From Hormiphora californensis (taxonomy: Eukaryota > Animalia > Ctenophora): a DNA stretch of 64,000 bases. The stretch lies in NCBI GenBank assembly GCA_020137815.1, contig CM035351.1, positions 3,658,001 through 3,722,000 of the forward strand, in the 5' to 3' direction. The position numbers and the translations under genes were made by a program. Of the stretch, positions 36,601 through 46,211 are shown one piece after another (position 1 is the stretch's first letter; every line of letters starts with the position of its first letter). The notes under the pieces are model-generated. The model did no database searches. It saw nothing but the letters and a program-made list of their open reading frames with translations, and was not told the DNA's origin.

Positions 36601-37756
36601 ACTCATGTCCGAACGTATCAAGGTAATAAAATACATTGCAATGCATTCCCACACCAACATCCCAATTTCCAAATTTCACTTTTGAGATTCTCCCTTCCCC
36701 TGAAACACTTCCTTTCCCTCAGGCTGACGAGCTACTAAAGCTACTTCGTGAAGAGAAAGAGTTGCTTGGGGAGCACACCAACGCGTTGAAGAACCAGCGA
36801 GACAGCCAGCAGGCGCTGCTCAGGAAAGTAGAAGAACGAGAGAGACAGGTGCAAAGTGGGGTTGGAATTCTGGAGAAAGAGATGGTACTGAAACAACAGG
36901 CAATTGAAATCCACAAGAAAGAGGCCACAAAACACTGCCTGAACTTCAATGAGCTGAAAGCGACCTATGATAAGCTAGTTGAAGAGGTCAGTACTCAAAA
37001 CAACATAACATTTGTGATAGCACGGTCCTAAATAGTAACTAACTTTTCGCCCTCCCTCTCCTCTTCTTTTCCCAGTTGAAACTTTAAACCCTCCCTCTTC
37101 TCATCTTTTCTTAGTATCAAGTAGATACTTTCAACCCCACCATTCCTCGTCAGATTAATCAGATTAAGGGGGATATTGCGGAAAAGACAGCGTCTCTAGA
37201 GGCGGAGCAGTTCAAATGTAAGAGGAAAGAGGAAGATTTACAAGCCTATAAGAGGAAGATTGACCGCCATAAAAAGGACAACCCTCTATCAACGACCATA
37301 GATGAGGTAAGATGTTATCTGCAGCCCTGTACTACTCAGTGTGAACACACTTGTGGAGAATATCCCTACTCAAGAGTCAAGGATGCCACTGGAAGCACTG
37401 TAACTCTTGAGCTGGGTACCCTAAATTAATCTCTCCCACTAAAAATGCTTCTCTCGGCTGTTATGTTCTAACCCTCCTTTACATATAAATGCGTGGGAAA
37501 CTAGGCCGAGCAAGGCGATCTCTCGTCACACTAAACTAACCTCCTCCTCCAGGTTTTGGAAGAAGAAGTACGGATGTACAAGCAAAAGTTAACCTGCCCT
37601 GTCTGCAATGTCAGGAAGAAGGATGCCGTACTGACAAAGTGCTATCACATTTTCTGTTTTGAGTGTCTCAAACTGCGATATGATACGCGACAGCGAAAAT
37701 GCCCTAAATGCAATGCTGCCTTTGGTCAGAGTGATTTTCACAGGATTTATCTATAA
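33669..37756 (+). CDS. BRE1: E3 ubiquitin ligase BRE1 (RNF20/RNF40); multi-exon
   Basis: [119 protein letters not shown]. Confidence 0.97.
34140..34283 (+). mobile_element. Helitron-like non-autonomous 3' end in BRE1 intron 1
   Basis: Hairpins CCACCCGGC-TTC-GCCGGGTGG and GCGCACCCA-A-TGGGTGCGC ending in CTAG|T; 5' end not identified. Confidence 0.55.
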
Positions 37757-38003
37757 TATATGTGTGTGTTAACATGTCGCCCCCATCCCCCGCCATCGTC
37801 CCCCATTTACACCCAGTGTGTGATTGTTTTATAGCTTTTCTTATCGTGTATTTGTTTTACCATATTATGGTTAACCATTGTGTATGGCCATGTTTTACCA
37901 TAAAATATTGAGTTATCAACTCTCTTCCATATCTGACTTCCTATATATTACTTTCTTACCGTCCACATCCAAATTTAATAAAACTGCTATTTATCTAGGA
38001 GCA

Positions 38004-39331
38004 ATGTCCGAAAGGTACAGTTTCAGTCTTACCACTTTCTCTCCCTCGGGAAAGTTGGTTCAGATCGAGTACGCCATCGCGGCAGTTGCTGCGGGTGCCC
38101 CCTCAATTGGTATCAAGAGTAAAACTGGTGTAGTCTTGGCTGCAGAGAAGAAGACAAAGAGCTTACTCTATGACGATACCACGATTACTAAGGTAGGGGT
38201 TGGCTGTGTGAATTAGGCTGGTTGTGGAATGTGGGGTTAGAAAGCAAGTTGTTGTTTTGCTCACAACTGTTTCGGGTGAAATATGTCCGGTGACATCAAA
38301 AATACCCTTCTTCAATTTTCAGCCATCTATTTACCCCTTCTCTAGATGGAGATGATCACAAAACACTGTGGTATCACGTACAGCGGAATGGGACCCGACT
38401 TCAGGATCCTGGTACGCAAGGCCAGGAAGATTGCCCAGCAGTACTACCTCCAGTATGATGAGGAGATCCCAGTGTCTCAACTGGTACAGAGGATCGCATA
38501 CGTGATGCAGGAGTACACTCACAGCGGGTAGGTACCATGCCTAGCACGTAATAAAATTATTTAGTTATTATAGGGGGGGGGGGGGGTTCATATACAACTA
38601 GGCGAAAAAAAAAACTGGAGATGGCTATCTGATTCAAGGTTATCCGGCCTCTTTGTTTTCCACATCCCACTTGTCCACGAACCCATTTCTCATTTCAGTG
38701 GTGTAAGGCCGTTCGGAGTATCTCTTCTAGTGGCTGGGTTTGATGAAGAAGTACCTTACCTCGTGCAGTGTGACCCCTCTGTAAGTGATGTGAACAACAA
38801 GTACCCTATAACACATAGTTGATAGTTCAGGTTGACCCCTTCCTATCTAGATTCCGATTAATCGCCTTATTACCCATATATTTCTCTCAGGGAGCTTATT
38901 TCGCTTGGAAAGCAACTGCGATGGGCAAGAACCACATCAATGGAAAGACTTTCCTCGAAAAACGGTTTGTTGTATATGTGTTGTATGTGTGTTGTGATAT
39001 TAGCACCTGGTTAGTATGGAAGCAGTTATTGTAACCCGCAATGTTCAAACACCATTATACCATTATACCACTCCCTCTAACCCACATGTTCATGTTCATC
39101 TAACCCACATGTTCCTCTAACCCACATGTTCCTCTAACCCACACGTTGTGTCCTAGATATAACGCTGACTTGGAACTTGAGGATGCCGTTCACACGGCCA
39201 TTCTAACCTTAAAGGAGGGATTTGAGGGACAAATGACTGAAGATAATATAGAGATTGGAATCAGTACAACTGCTGGATTTAGGAAGCTAACCAGATCCGA
39301 AATAAAGGACTACCTGGCGGCACTAAACTAA
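38004..39331 (+). CDS. PSMA2: Proteasome subunit alpha type-2; multi-exon
   Basis: [96 protein letters not shown]. Confidence 0.98.
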
Positions 39332-39514
39332 TATCGGGAAGTTTGGGACTGTGTGGGTGTGGGTGTGGGTGTTAAGATAGCTCGAGAGAGAGCAAGGATC
39401 TGGTATCCAGGACTTAAAATTAACAAGTGTGTATTGAACATGTTGTATTTGTATTAGTTTTCTTCGGACAACCGTATAAAAATATCCGAGTTTTGAAAAG
39501 TTTTTTGAACAAGA

Positions 39515-40072
39515 ATTATTGCATTATGTGTTCATAATGCTGAGTTTCCCTGCCCTACCGTTTCACATGTCAGTGACATTGTCACTGCCAACAGGATCAA
39601 GGCTTGGTCATAATGTAATGTGAGATGCATACGATCTAGCTGTCAGTATACTTCTCACATAGCTTAGAGTTAGCTAACTCCCAATCACATGACACTTGCT
39701 AACCAGCTTTTGACATTCCAACTTAACTACTTATCTAACATCTCACACTCGACTCACAAGATGAAAATGTGTATGTAACACGCGAAACGCGCGGCAGAGC
39801 ATTTCATGTTTTGTTGAGTGGCGCGCTCACACACGTCCATCAAACTGTGTCAATGAGGTGTTTGATGAAGGAGTAGCTCGTCACTGTGCGCGCGGCTCTA
39901 GTTGCTACACCGTTGCCCCTCGCAACGAAAGTGTGACCAAAATGGTCCCTCTACCGATTAGTTAGTATACCAAAATGTCGTTTTCGAATTCTAACCCTGC
40001 TATGCCTTTTTACAAAGTAAAAAGGCATCCGGGTGAATGCCTTCGGCATTCACCCGGGCAGGGAAAAAATAA
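39515..40072 (-). mobile_element. Non-autonomous Helentron/Helitron2-like element, copy A
   Basis: Asymmetric inverted repeats TTTCCCTGCC / GGCAGGGAAA, terminal hairpin GCATTATG-n4-CATAATGC at one end, double hairpin at the other; same layout at 44735-45386. Confidence 0.7.
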
Positions 40073-40209
40073 ATATATTTGAAACATATATCATATCTTC
40101 CAACCTATCACATCTACATAATTCCAACCTATCACATTGTCACTCTACGCATATGCCATATACTTTAGTATAGTCCGGGGAGTAAAAGAATCCAAGCCAG
40201 AAGTACTAG

Positions 40210-41214
40210 TTACAATTCCTCACAGTCTCGTGTTGAACGGGAGCACGAGGATTTCTCGGGATCTAAGGCATCAGCGATTGAATTGACAGTATTCAATACA
40301 TATTCGGGATATTCATATCCCATAGATAATTCATCATCACTATAATCTGCCATACTCGCAATAATTATATAAAGATTTCTTCTCATTCTGTCGCTGAAAA
40401 CATCGACCAGGTTTCCATAGCAGCACGTATTGAACTTCTTCTCCAGCTCCTTCCTGCATTTCCTATTGGAGCACCAAATGGCATCTACCAGACGTTCGGA
40501 TGCGAAGATTTCGCCGTATCTGTTAGTAATATCCGTAAAATCGAGACATGATCCGGACCCAGAGGTGGTCTCATCCAGAATTTTTCCCAATTTAACCAAG
40601 TGAAAGGTATCCGTTAACTCACAGTCTCGACTACACACAGCATCCATAAAGTTGGCCCAGATTCTCCTAACTAATCCCCATCGTACCCATTTAAGTTCGT
40701 TGGTTATTCTGTTAGTTAGCTTCGTTCTTCCAGTCATACATCCCTGAATCGCAACAGCTAGATCATCCTTACAGTTGCATACCTTGTTTTTTAGTTTCTC
40801 CAACAAGGGAAGAGCTGCCACTACCATTTCTTGGTAAGAGTTAGCATCTGCCAATTTTCGGATAACAGCCATCCATTTCCCACGAATGGTTTGAAGAACA
40901 TCGCATACAACAGCAGAGCACTCATCTTTCCCCGAGTTGTAGACATCAAACGCATTCCTGCAATCACAGTCAAAGTAGTCCCTGTCTTCACAAGTTGTAG
41001 AACACACCTCATCCGTCGCCTGGTTCAAAATCCCGGTAAAGTAAAGTAAAGAATTAGAAGATAACAAGTTAGTTTTCGTCACGATGTACGGTGGAAGATA
41101 TAAAGGGATCCGGAAGCCATCAGTTCTTGGCACCGTAGAAAATGTTGACGTTGAAAATTGCTGGCCAGAGCCGATGCCGACAAGGGCTACCGAGAGAACG
41201 AGTTCTAAAATCAT
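40210..41214 (-). CDS. Secreted/ER Cys-rich protein of unknown family, copy 1 (334 aa, intronless CDS)
   Basis: ATG at 41214 starts a signal peptide MILELVLSVALVGIGSG; 18 Cys conserved across three paralogs; ends DCEEL. Confidence 0.85.
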   Translation of the reverse strand: MILELVLSVALVGIGSGQQFSTSTFSTVPRTDGFRIPLYLPPYIVTKTNLLSSNSLLYFTGILNQATDEVCSTTCEDRDYFDCDCRNAFDVYNSGKDECSAVVCDVLQTIRGKWMAVIRKLADANSYQEMVVAALPLLEKLKNKVCNCKDDLAVAIQGCMTGRTKLTNRITNELKWVRWGLVRRIWANFMDAVCSRDCELTDTFHLVKLGKILDETTSGSGSCLDFTDITNRYGEIFASERLVDAIWCSNRKCRKELEKKFNTCCYGNLVDVFSDRMRRNLYIIIASMADYSDDELSMGYEYPEYVLNTVNSIADALDPEKSSCSRSTRDCEEL

Positions 41215-41535
41215 GAATAGGACGAAGTTAAACAAACACCGGGACTGAGAGAATAAATCAATTTGTGGGATTTGTATGCAGCAGAACAATATGTAACTCA
41301 ATTACTCGCTAAATATGCAGTGAAAATTGTTTTATTTCTCAAAACCCGGAAGACTGTATCCTTCACTCTTCAGAAAAGTTTGAAGTCTCATGCAATATTT
41401 ATCATAATCGAATTAAAGCATCCCTCAAAAATTGTTGAAACATAGTTTTACATCTTCCAATCTGTCACATTGTCACTCTACGCATATACTTTAGGATAGT
41501 CCGGGGAGTAAAAGAATCCATGCCAGAAGTACTCT

Positions 41536-42549
41536 TTACAATTCCTCACAGTCTCGTCTTGAACGGGAGCACGAGGATTTCTCGGGATCTAAGGCATCAG
41601 CGATTGAATTGACAATCCAACGTACATATTCATATCCCATAGATGATTCATCATCCATATAATTATAATTTGCCACGCTCGCCATAATTTTTACAAGATT
41701 TTCTCTCATTCTGTCGCTGAAAACATCGACCAGGTTTCCATAGCAGCACGTATTGAACTTCTTCTCCAGCTCCCTCCTGCATTTCCTATTGGAGCACCAA
41801 ATGATATCTACCAGAGGTCCGGATACCGGTCCAATAGAAAAAATACGCTTGATTTCGTTAGAAATATCCGTAAAATCGAGACAGGATCCGGACCGAGAGC
41901 TGCTCTCATCCAGAATTTTTCCCAATTTCACCAAGTGAAAGGTATCAGTTAATTCACAGTCTCGACTACACACAGCATCCATAAGGTTGGCCCAGATTCT
42001 CCTAACTAATCCCCATCGCATCCTCTTAAGTTCGTTGGTTATTCCGTAAGTTAGCTTCGTTCTTCCAGTCATACATCCCTGAATCGCAACAGCTAGATCA
42101 TCCTTACAGTTGCATACCTTGTTTTTTAGTTTCTCCAACAAGGGAAGAGCTGCCACTACCATTTCTTGGTAAGAGTTAGCATCTGCCACTTTTCGGATAA
42201 CAGCCATCCATTTCCCACGAATGGTTTGAAAAACATCGCATACAACAGCAGAGCACTCATCTTTCCCCGAGTTGTAGACATCAAACGCATTCCTGCAATC
42301 ACAGTCAAAGTAGTCCCTGTCTTCACAAGTTGTAGCACACACCTCATCCGTCGCCTGGTTCAAAATCCCGGTAAAGTAAAGTAAAGAATTAGAAGATAAC
42401 AAGTTAGTTTTCGTCACGATGTACGGTGGAAGATATAAAGGGATCCGGAAGCCATCAGTACTTGGCACCGTAGAAAATGTTGACGTTGAAAATTGCTGGC
42501 CAGAGCCGATGCCGACAAGGGCTACCGAGAGAACGAGTTCTAAAATCAT
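41536..42549 (-). CDS. Secreted/ER Cys-rich protein, copy 2 (337 aa; chimera of copy 1 and copy 3 types)
   Basis: Intact ORF; N-half like copy 1, C-half like copy 3. Confidence 0.85.
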   Translation of the reverse strand: MILELVLSVALVGIGSGQQFSTSTFSTVPSTDGFRIPLYLPPYIVTKTNLLSSNSLLYFTGILNQATDEVCATTCEDRDYFDCDCRNAFDVYNSGKDECSAVVCDVFQTIRGKWMAVIRKVADANSYQEMVVAALPLLEKLKNKVCNCKDDLAVAIQGCMTGRTKLTYGITNELKRMRWGLVRRIWANLMDAVCSRDCELTDTFHLVKLGKILDESSSRSGSCLDFTDISNEIKRIFSIGPVSGPLVDIIWCSNRKCRRELEKKFNTCCYGNLVDVFSDRMRENLVKIMASVANYNYMDDESSMGYEYVRWIVNSIADALDPEKSSCSRSRRDCEEL

Positions 42550-42894
42550 GAATAGGACGAAGTTAAACAAACACCGGGACTGAGAGAATAAATCAATTTG
42601 TGGGATTTGTATGCAGCAGAACAATATGTAACTCAATTACTCGCTAAATATGCAGTGAAAATTGTTTTATTTCTCAAAACCCGGAAGACTGTATCCTTCA
42701 CTCTTCAGAAAAGTTTGAAGTCTCATGCAATATTTATCATAATCGAATTAAAGCATCCCTCAAAAATTCTTGAAACATAGTTTCACATCTTCCAACCTGT
42801 CACATCTACATAATTCCAACCTGTCACATTGTCACTCTACGCATATACTTTAGGATAGTTCGGGGAGTAAAAGAATCCATGCCAGAAGTACTCT

Positions 42895-43908
42895 TTACAA
42901 TTCCTCACAGTCTCGTCTTGAACGGGAGCACGAGGATTTCTCGGGATCTAAGGCATCAGCGATTGAATCGACGGTCCAACGTACATATTCATATCCCATA
43001 GATGATTCATCATCCATATAATTATAATTTGCCACGCTCGCCATAATTTTTACAAGATTTTCTCTCATTCTGTCCCTGAAAACATCGACCAGGTTTCCAT
43101 AGCAGCACGTATTGAACTTCTTCTCCAGCTCCTTCCTGCATTTCCTATTGGAGCACCAAATGGCGTCTACCAGACGTCCGGATTCCGGTCCAATATAAAA
43201 AATGCGCTTGATTTCGTTAGTAATATCCGTAAAATCGAGACAGGATCCGGACCCAGAGCTGCTCTCATCCAGAATTTTTCCCAATTTCACCAAGTGAAAG
43301 GTATCCGTTAACTCACAGTCTCGACTACACACAGCATCCATAAGGTTGGCCCAGATTCTCCTAACTAATCCCCATCGTATCCTCTTAAGTTCGTTGGTTA
43401 TTCCATAAGTTAGCTTGGTTCTTCCAGTCAAACATCCCTGAATCGCAACACCTAGATCGTTCTTACAGTTGCATACCTTGTTTTTTAGTTTCTCCAACAA
43501 GGGAAGAGCTGCCACTACCATTTCTTGGTAAGAGTTAGCATCTGACATCTTCTGGAGAACAGCCCTCCATTTCCCACGGAAGGTTTGAAAAACATCGCAT
43601 ACAACAGCAGAGCACTCATCTTTCCCCGAGTTGTAGACATCAAACGCATTCCTGCAATCACAGTCAAAGTAGTCCCTGTCTTCACAAGTTGTAGCACACA
43701 CCTCATCCGTCGCCTGGTCCAAAATCCCGGTAAATTCGTTCAAGTCACTTTCCCTCTCTAAAATTGCTGCAAAGGCAGTTTTAGCGATGAGGTACGGTGG
43801 AATCGGGAAGCCATCATTTCTTGGCACCGTAGAAAATGTTGACGTTGAAAATTGCTGGCCAGAGCCGATGCCAACAAGGGCTACCGAGAGAACGAGCAAC
43901 AAAATCAT
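42895..43908 (-). CDS. Secreted/ER Cys-rich protein, copy 3 (337 aa)
   Basis: Intact ORF with signal peptide MILLLVLSVALVGIGSG and the same 18-Cys frame. Confidence 0.85.
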   Translation of the reverse strand: MILLLVLSVALVGIGSGQQFSTSTFSTVPRNDGFPIPPYLIAKTAFAAILERESDLNEFTGILDQATDEVCATTCEDRDYFDCDCRNAFDVYNSGKDECSAVVCDVFQTFRGKWRAVLQKMSDANSYQEMVVAALPLLEKLKNKVCNCKNDLGVAIQGCLTGRTKLTYGITNELKRIRWGLVRRIWANLMDAVCSRDCELTDTFHLVKLGKILDESSSGSGSCLDFTDITNEIKRIFYIGPESGRLVDAIWCSNRKCRKELEKKFNTCCYGNLVDVFRDRMRENLVKIMASVANYNYMDDESSMGYEYVRWTVDSIADALDPEKSSCSRSRRDCEEL

Positions 43909-44036
43909 GAATAGGACGAAGTTAAACAAACACTGAGAGCCTCCAGATTTATCTTCTCAGTGAGAGGATAAATCGAATTATATGGGCGAGAGAATGGAAT
44001 TCATTTTTATTTGATACCGCCTCGTCTAATATAATA

Positions 44037-44207
44037 CAGTCGGACCCCGATTTACCGGGCCCCGATTTACCGGAACCCCGATTTACCGGGAGGATAAACT
44101 TCCCCCGATGTAGGAAATAAACAGTATCTAACCCCGATATACCGGGCACCCCGATTTACCGGGCAAAACCCTTTCCCCGAGCATCCCCGTAAATCGGGGT
44201 CCGACTG
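44037..44207. mobile_element. pogo/Tigger-like MITE, copy 2
   Basis: TA|CAGTCGGACCCC...GGGGTCCGACTG|TA. Confidence 0.92.
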
Positions 44208-44734
44208 TATTTTTCTTTGTGGAAAATCTTCGTAATTATATGCAGAGGTGTTAGCTCCTTACAAAGCCTGTCCTTCTTTGTCAGATCATTTGCCTGGGCC
44301 GGGGGGGGGGGGGTCCAGGAATCTCTCCAGCGATTTACATATCATTATTCACTGGTGCTCTGTCATATTGGCCGCCCGCATAAAGCGTCGCCCAGAGCGT
44401 CATCCAAGATATCAGTTTCCAGCTCCCAGTTACAAATGGCAGTGCTGACACTATGCGCACTGTGCAGCGCTACTTTCAATACAATTCGCATCAAAATTCG
44501 GTCACGTGATCGTATATATGACCCACGCAATATGGTTCATCAGGAGTCTCCCAGCTAGAAACTGAAATCAGTTTCCAACCTAATGTTAGTTCCCAATTTG
44601 TAACTGGAGCGTAAGACGCACTTCGCTATTATTGAATGATCGGGGGGTGGGGGGGGGGGGGGGCATCGTGGACAACGCTTTGGTCGGGTTGTCAATATAA
44701 TTTAACGGAGCACCACTGTATGACAATGAAAGAG

Positions 44735-45386
44735 TTATCGCATTATGTATTCATAATGCGGTGTTTCCCTGCCACAAATGGGTGTAAAATTGATGAATAA
44801 GCTTCAAAACCGGATTTCCCGATGAATTTTGCACTCAAAGAGCAATTTTTGGCTGATACAATGTTAGTTGCTATGGTATCCATGGTTGTAGCTATGGTAA
44901 TCAAAGCAGTTGCTATGGTAACCATAAACCAAGACAGTTGCTATGATAACCAATGCAGTTGGTTAGGAAACCCTGGTTGGTTACCAAGTGCTTCAACTTT
45001 ACCCTTGCTCATCTTAACTCCAGTCACTTGCAATTACTGTGTGATAGTAGTTTCATGCTTGGAAGACTTGCTACCATGTCATGGTACGGCTGTAGGGTAC
45101 CCAAAGTGATTTCAGGTGAAAGTAGGTGTAGTGATACGAGTGAGTAATTGCGTGGCTCAATGCGTTTTAATCATTTCCTTTGTTGCATCAACAAAGTGTG
45201 AGTTGAAAGTTTTATGAAGGAGCAGACTTTGTTACTATGCGTTAACGGTGGACAGACAGACGGACACTTTTAGTTAACTACACAATCTGCTGATTTCTAA
45301 ACCCTGAATGATCTTTTTAGCACGTTCGTGCTAAAAAGATCATCCGGGTGAATGCCTTCGGCATTCACCCGGGCAGGGAAAAAATA
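44735..45386 (-). mobile_element. Non-autonomous Helentron/Helitron2-like element, copy B
   Basis: GCATTATG..CATAATGC hairpin, TTTCCCTGCC...GGCAGGGAAAAAA, GACA microsatellite, identical CCGGGTGAATGCC-TTC-GGCATTCACCCGG hairpin. Confidence 0.7.
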
Positions 45387-46211
45387 CCAGCTATTGAACC
45401 GTGTCATATACTGTTAACCTAAACATAAAACCTGAAATGTTCCAACCTTGAACTCTGGTACATTATCAGTGATAATGAGTACTGCGTAGTCAATTGGGAA
45501 GTTTGGTTCCCCTTCAGGCTGGACAAGATGAATAAACAGGTCTTTTATTGTAGCAGAACACTCTGATTCACTGATTGTAATTAAGAATTCATTAACATGC
45601 CAATCTGTTGGTGATGTGTGTTATGCCTGTTTCTCTCTGAGAAAGAACTGGGTACAAGCATTTCTTTGCTTGCGTGGTTTTGCCCCTTTGTCGCACAGTA
45701 TGATCAGTCAGTTAATGGCACGCGCGTTTAATTCTTGTTGATAAAAGTAAACCGTAATCAGCAGTCCGCTCACGAGCATTTCCCGCGCGTCAGTAGCAGA
45801 AAAGGGAGCGAAACTCAGGTCAACGGATCCGTCAAAAATGCTCCATGTCTATTGTCTGGTGGTGGCTGTCAGGCCAATGCTCTGACCGAGGTCATGCGAA
45901 AGGAATGAGAATAGGGTCAGGGCAATGCTCTGACAGGGTGAAAGTTAATGAGTTAGGGTGGTAGTTGTTACTTGTTAGGAACATGCCAATCGTTTTATTT
46001 TAAAGTTGTTTCCCAAAAGGCTAGGTGATGGCATGGATTCAAACATCCGTCGGACATGCACCGAATCAAATAAACGGTCTCCAGTGTATCCTCTCTCTCC
46101 CTATCAGCTATCTCCCTCTTACCGCTAACACAGACAGTTCTCCAACAGTCTCCATCACCGTGAATTGTGTTTGTTGTTATTTTAGAGCGAGATTGACTGA
46201 GTGAGATAAAA

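Noticed and set aside
41215-41301. N-terminal extensions of the Cys-rich ORFs in the track
   Set aside because: Non-AUG starts lie upstream of a splice acceptor; the true start is the signal-peptide Met.
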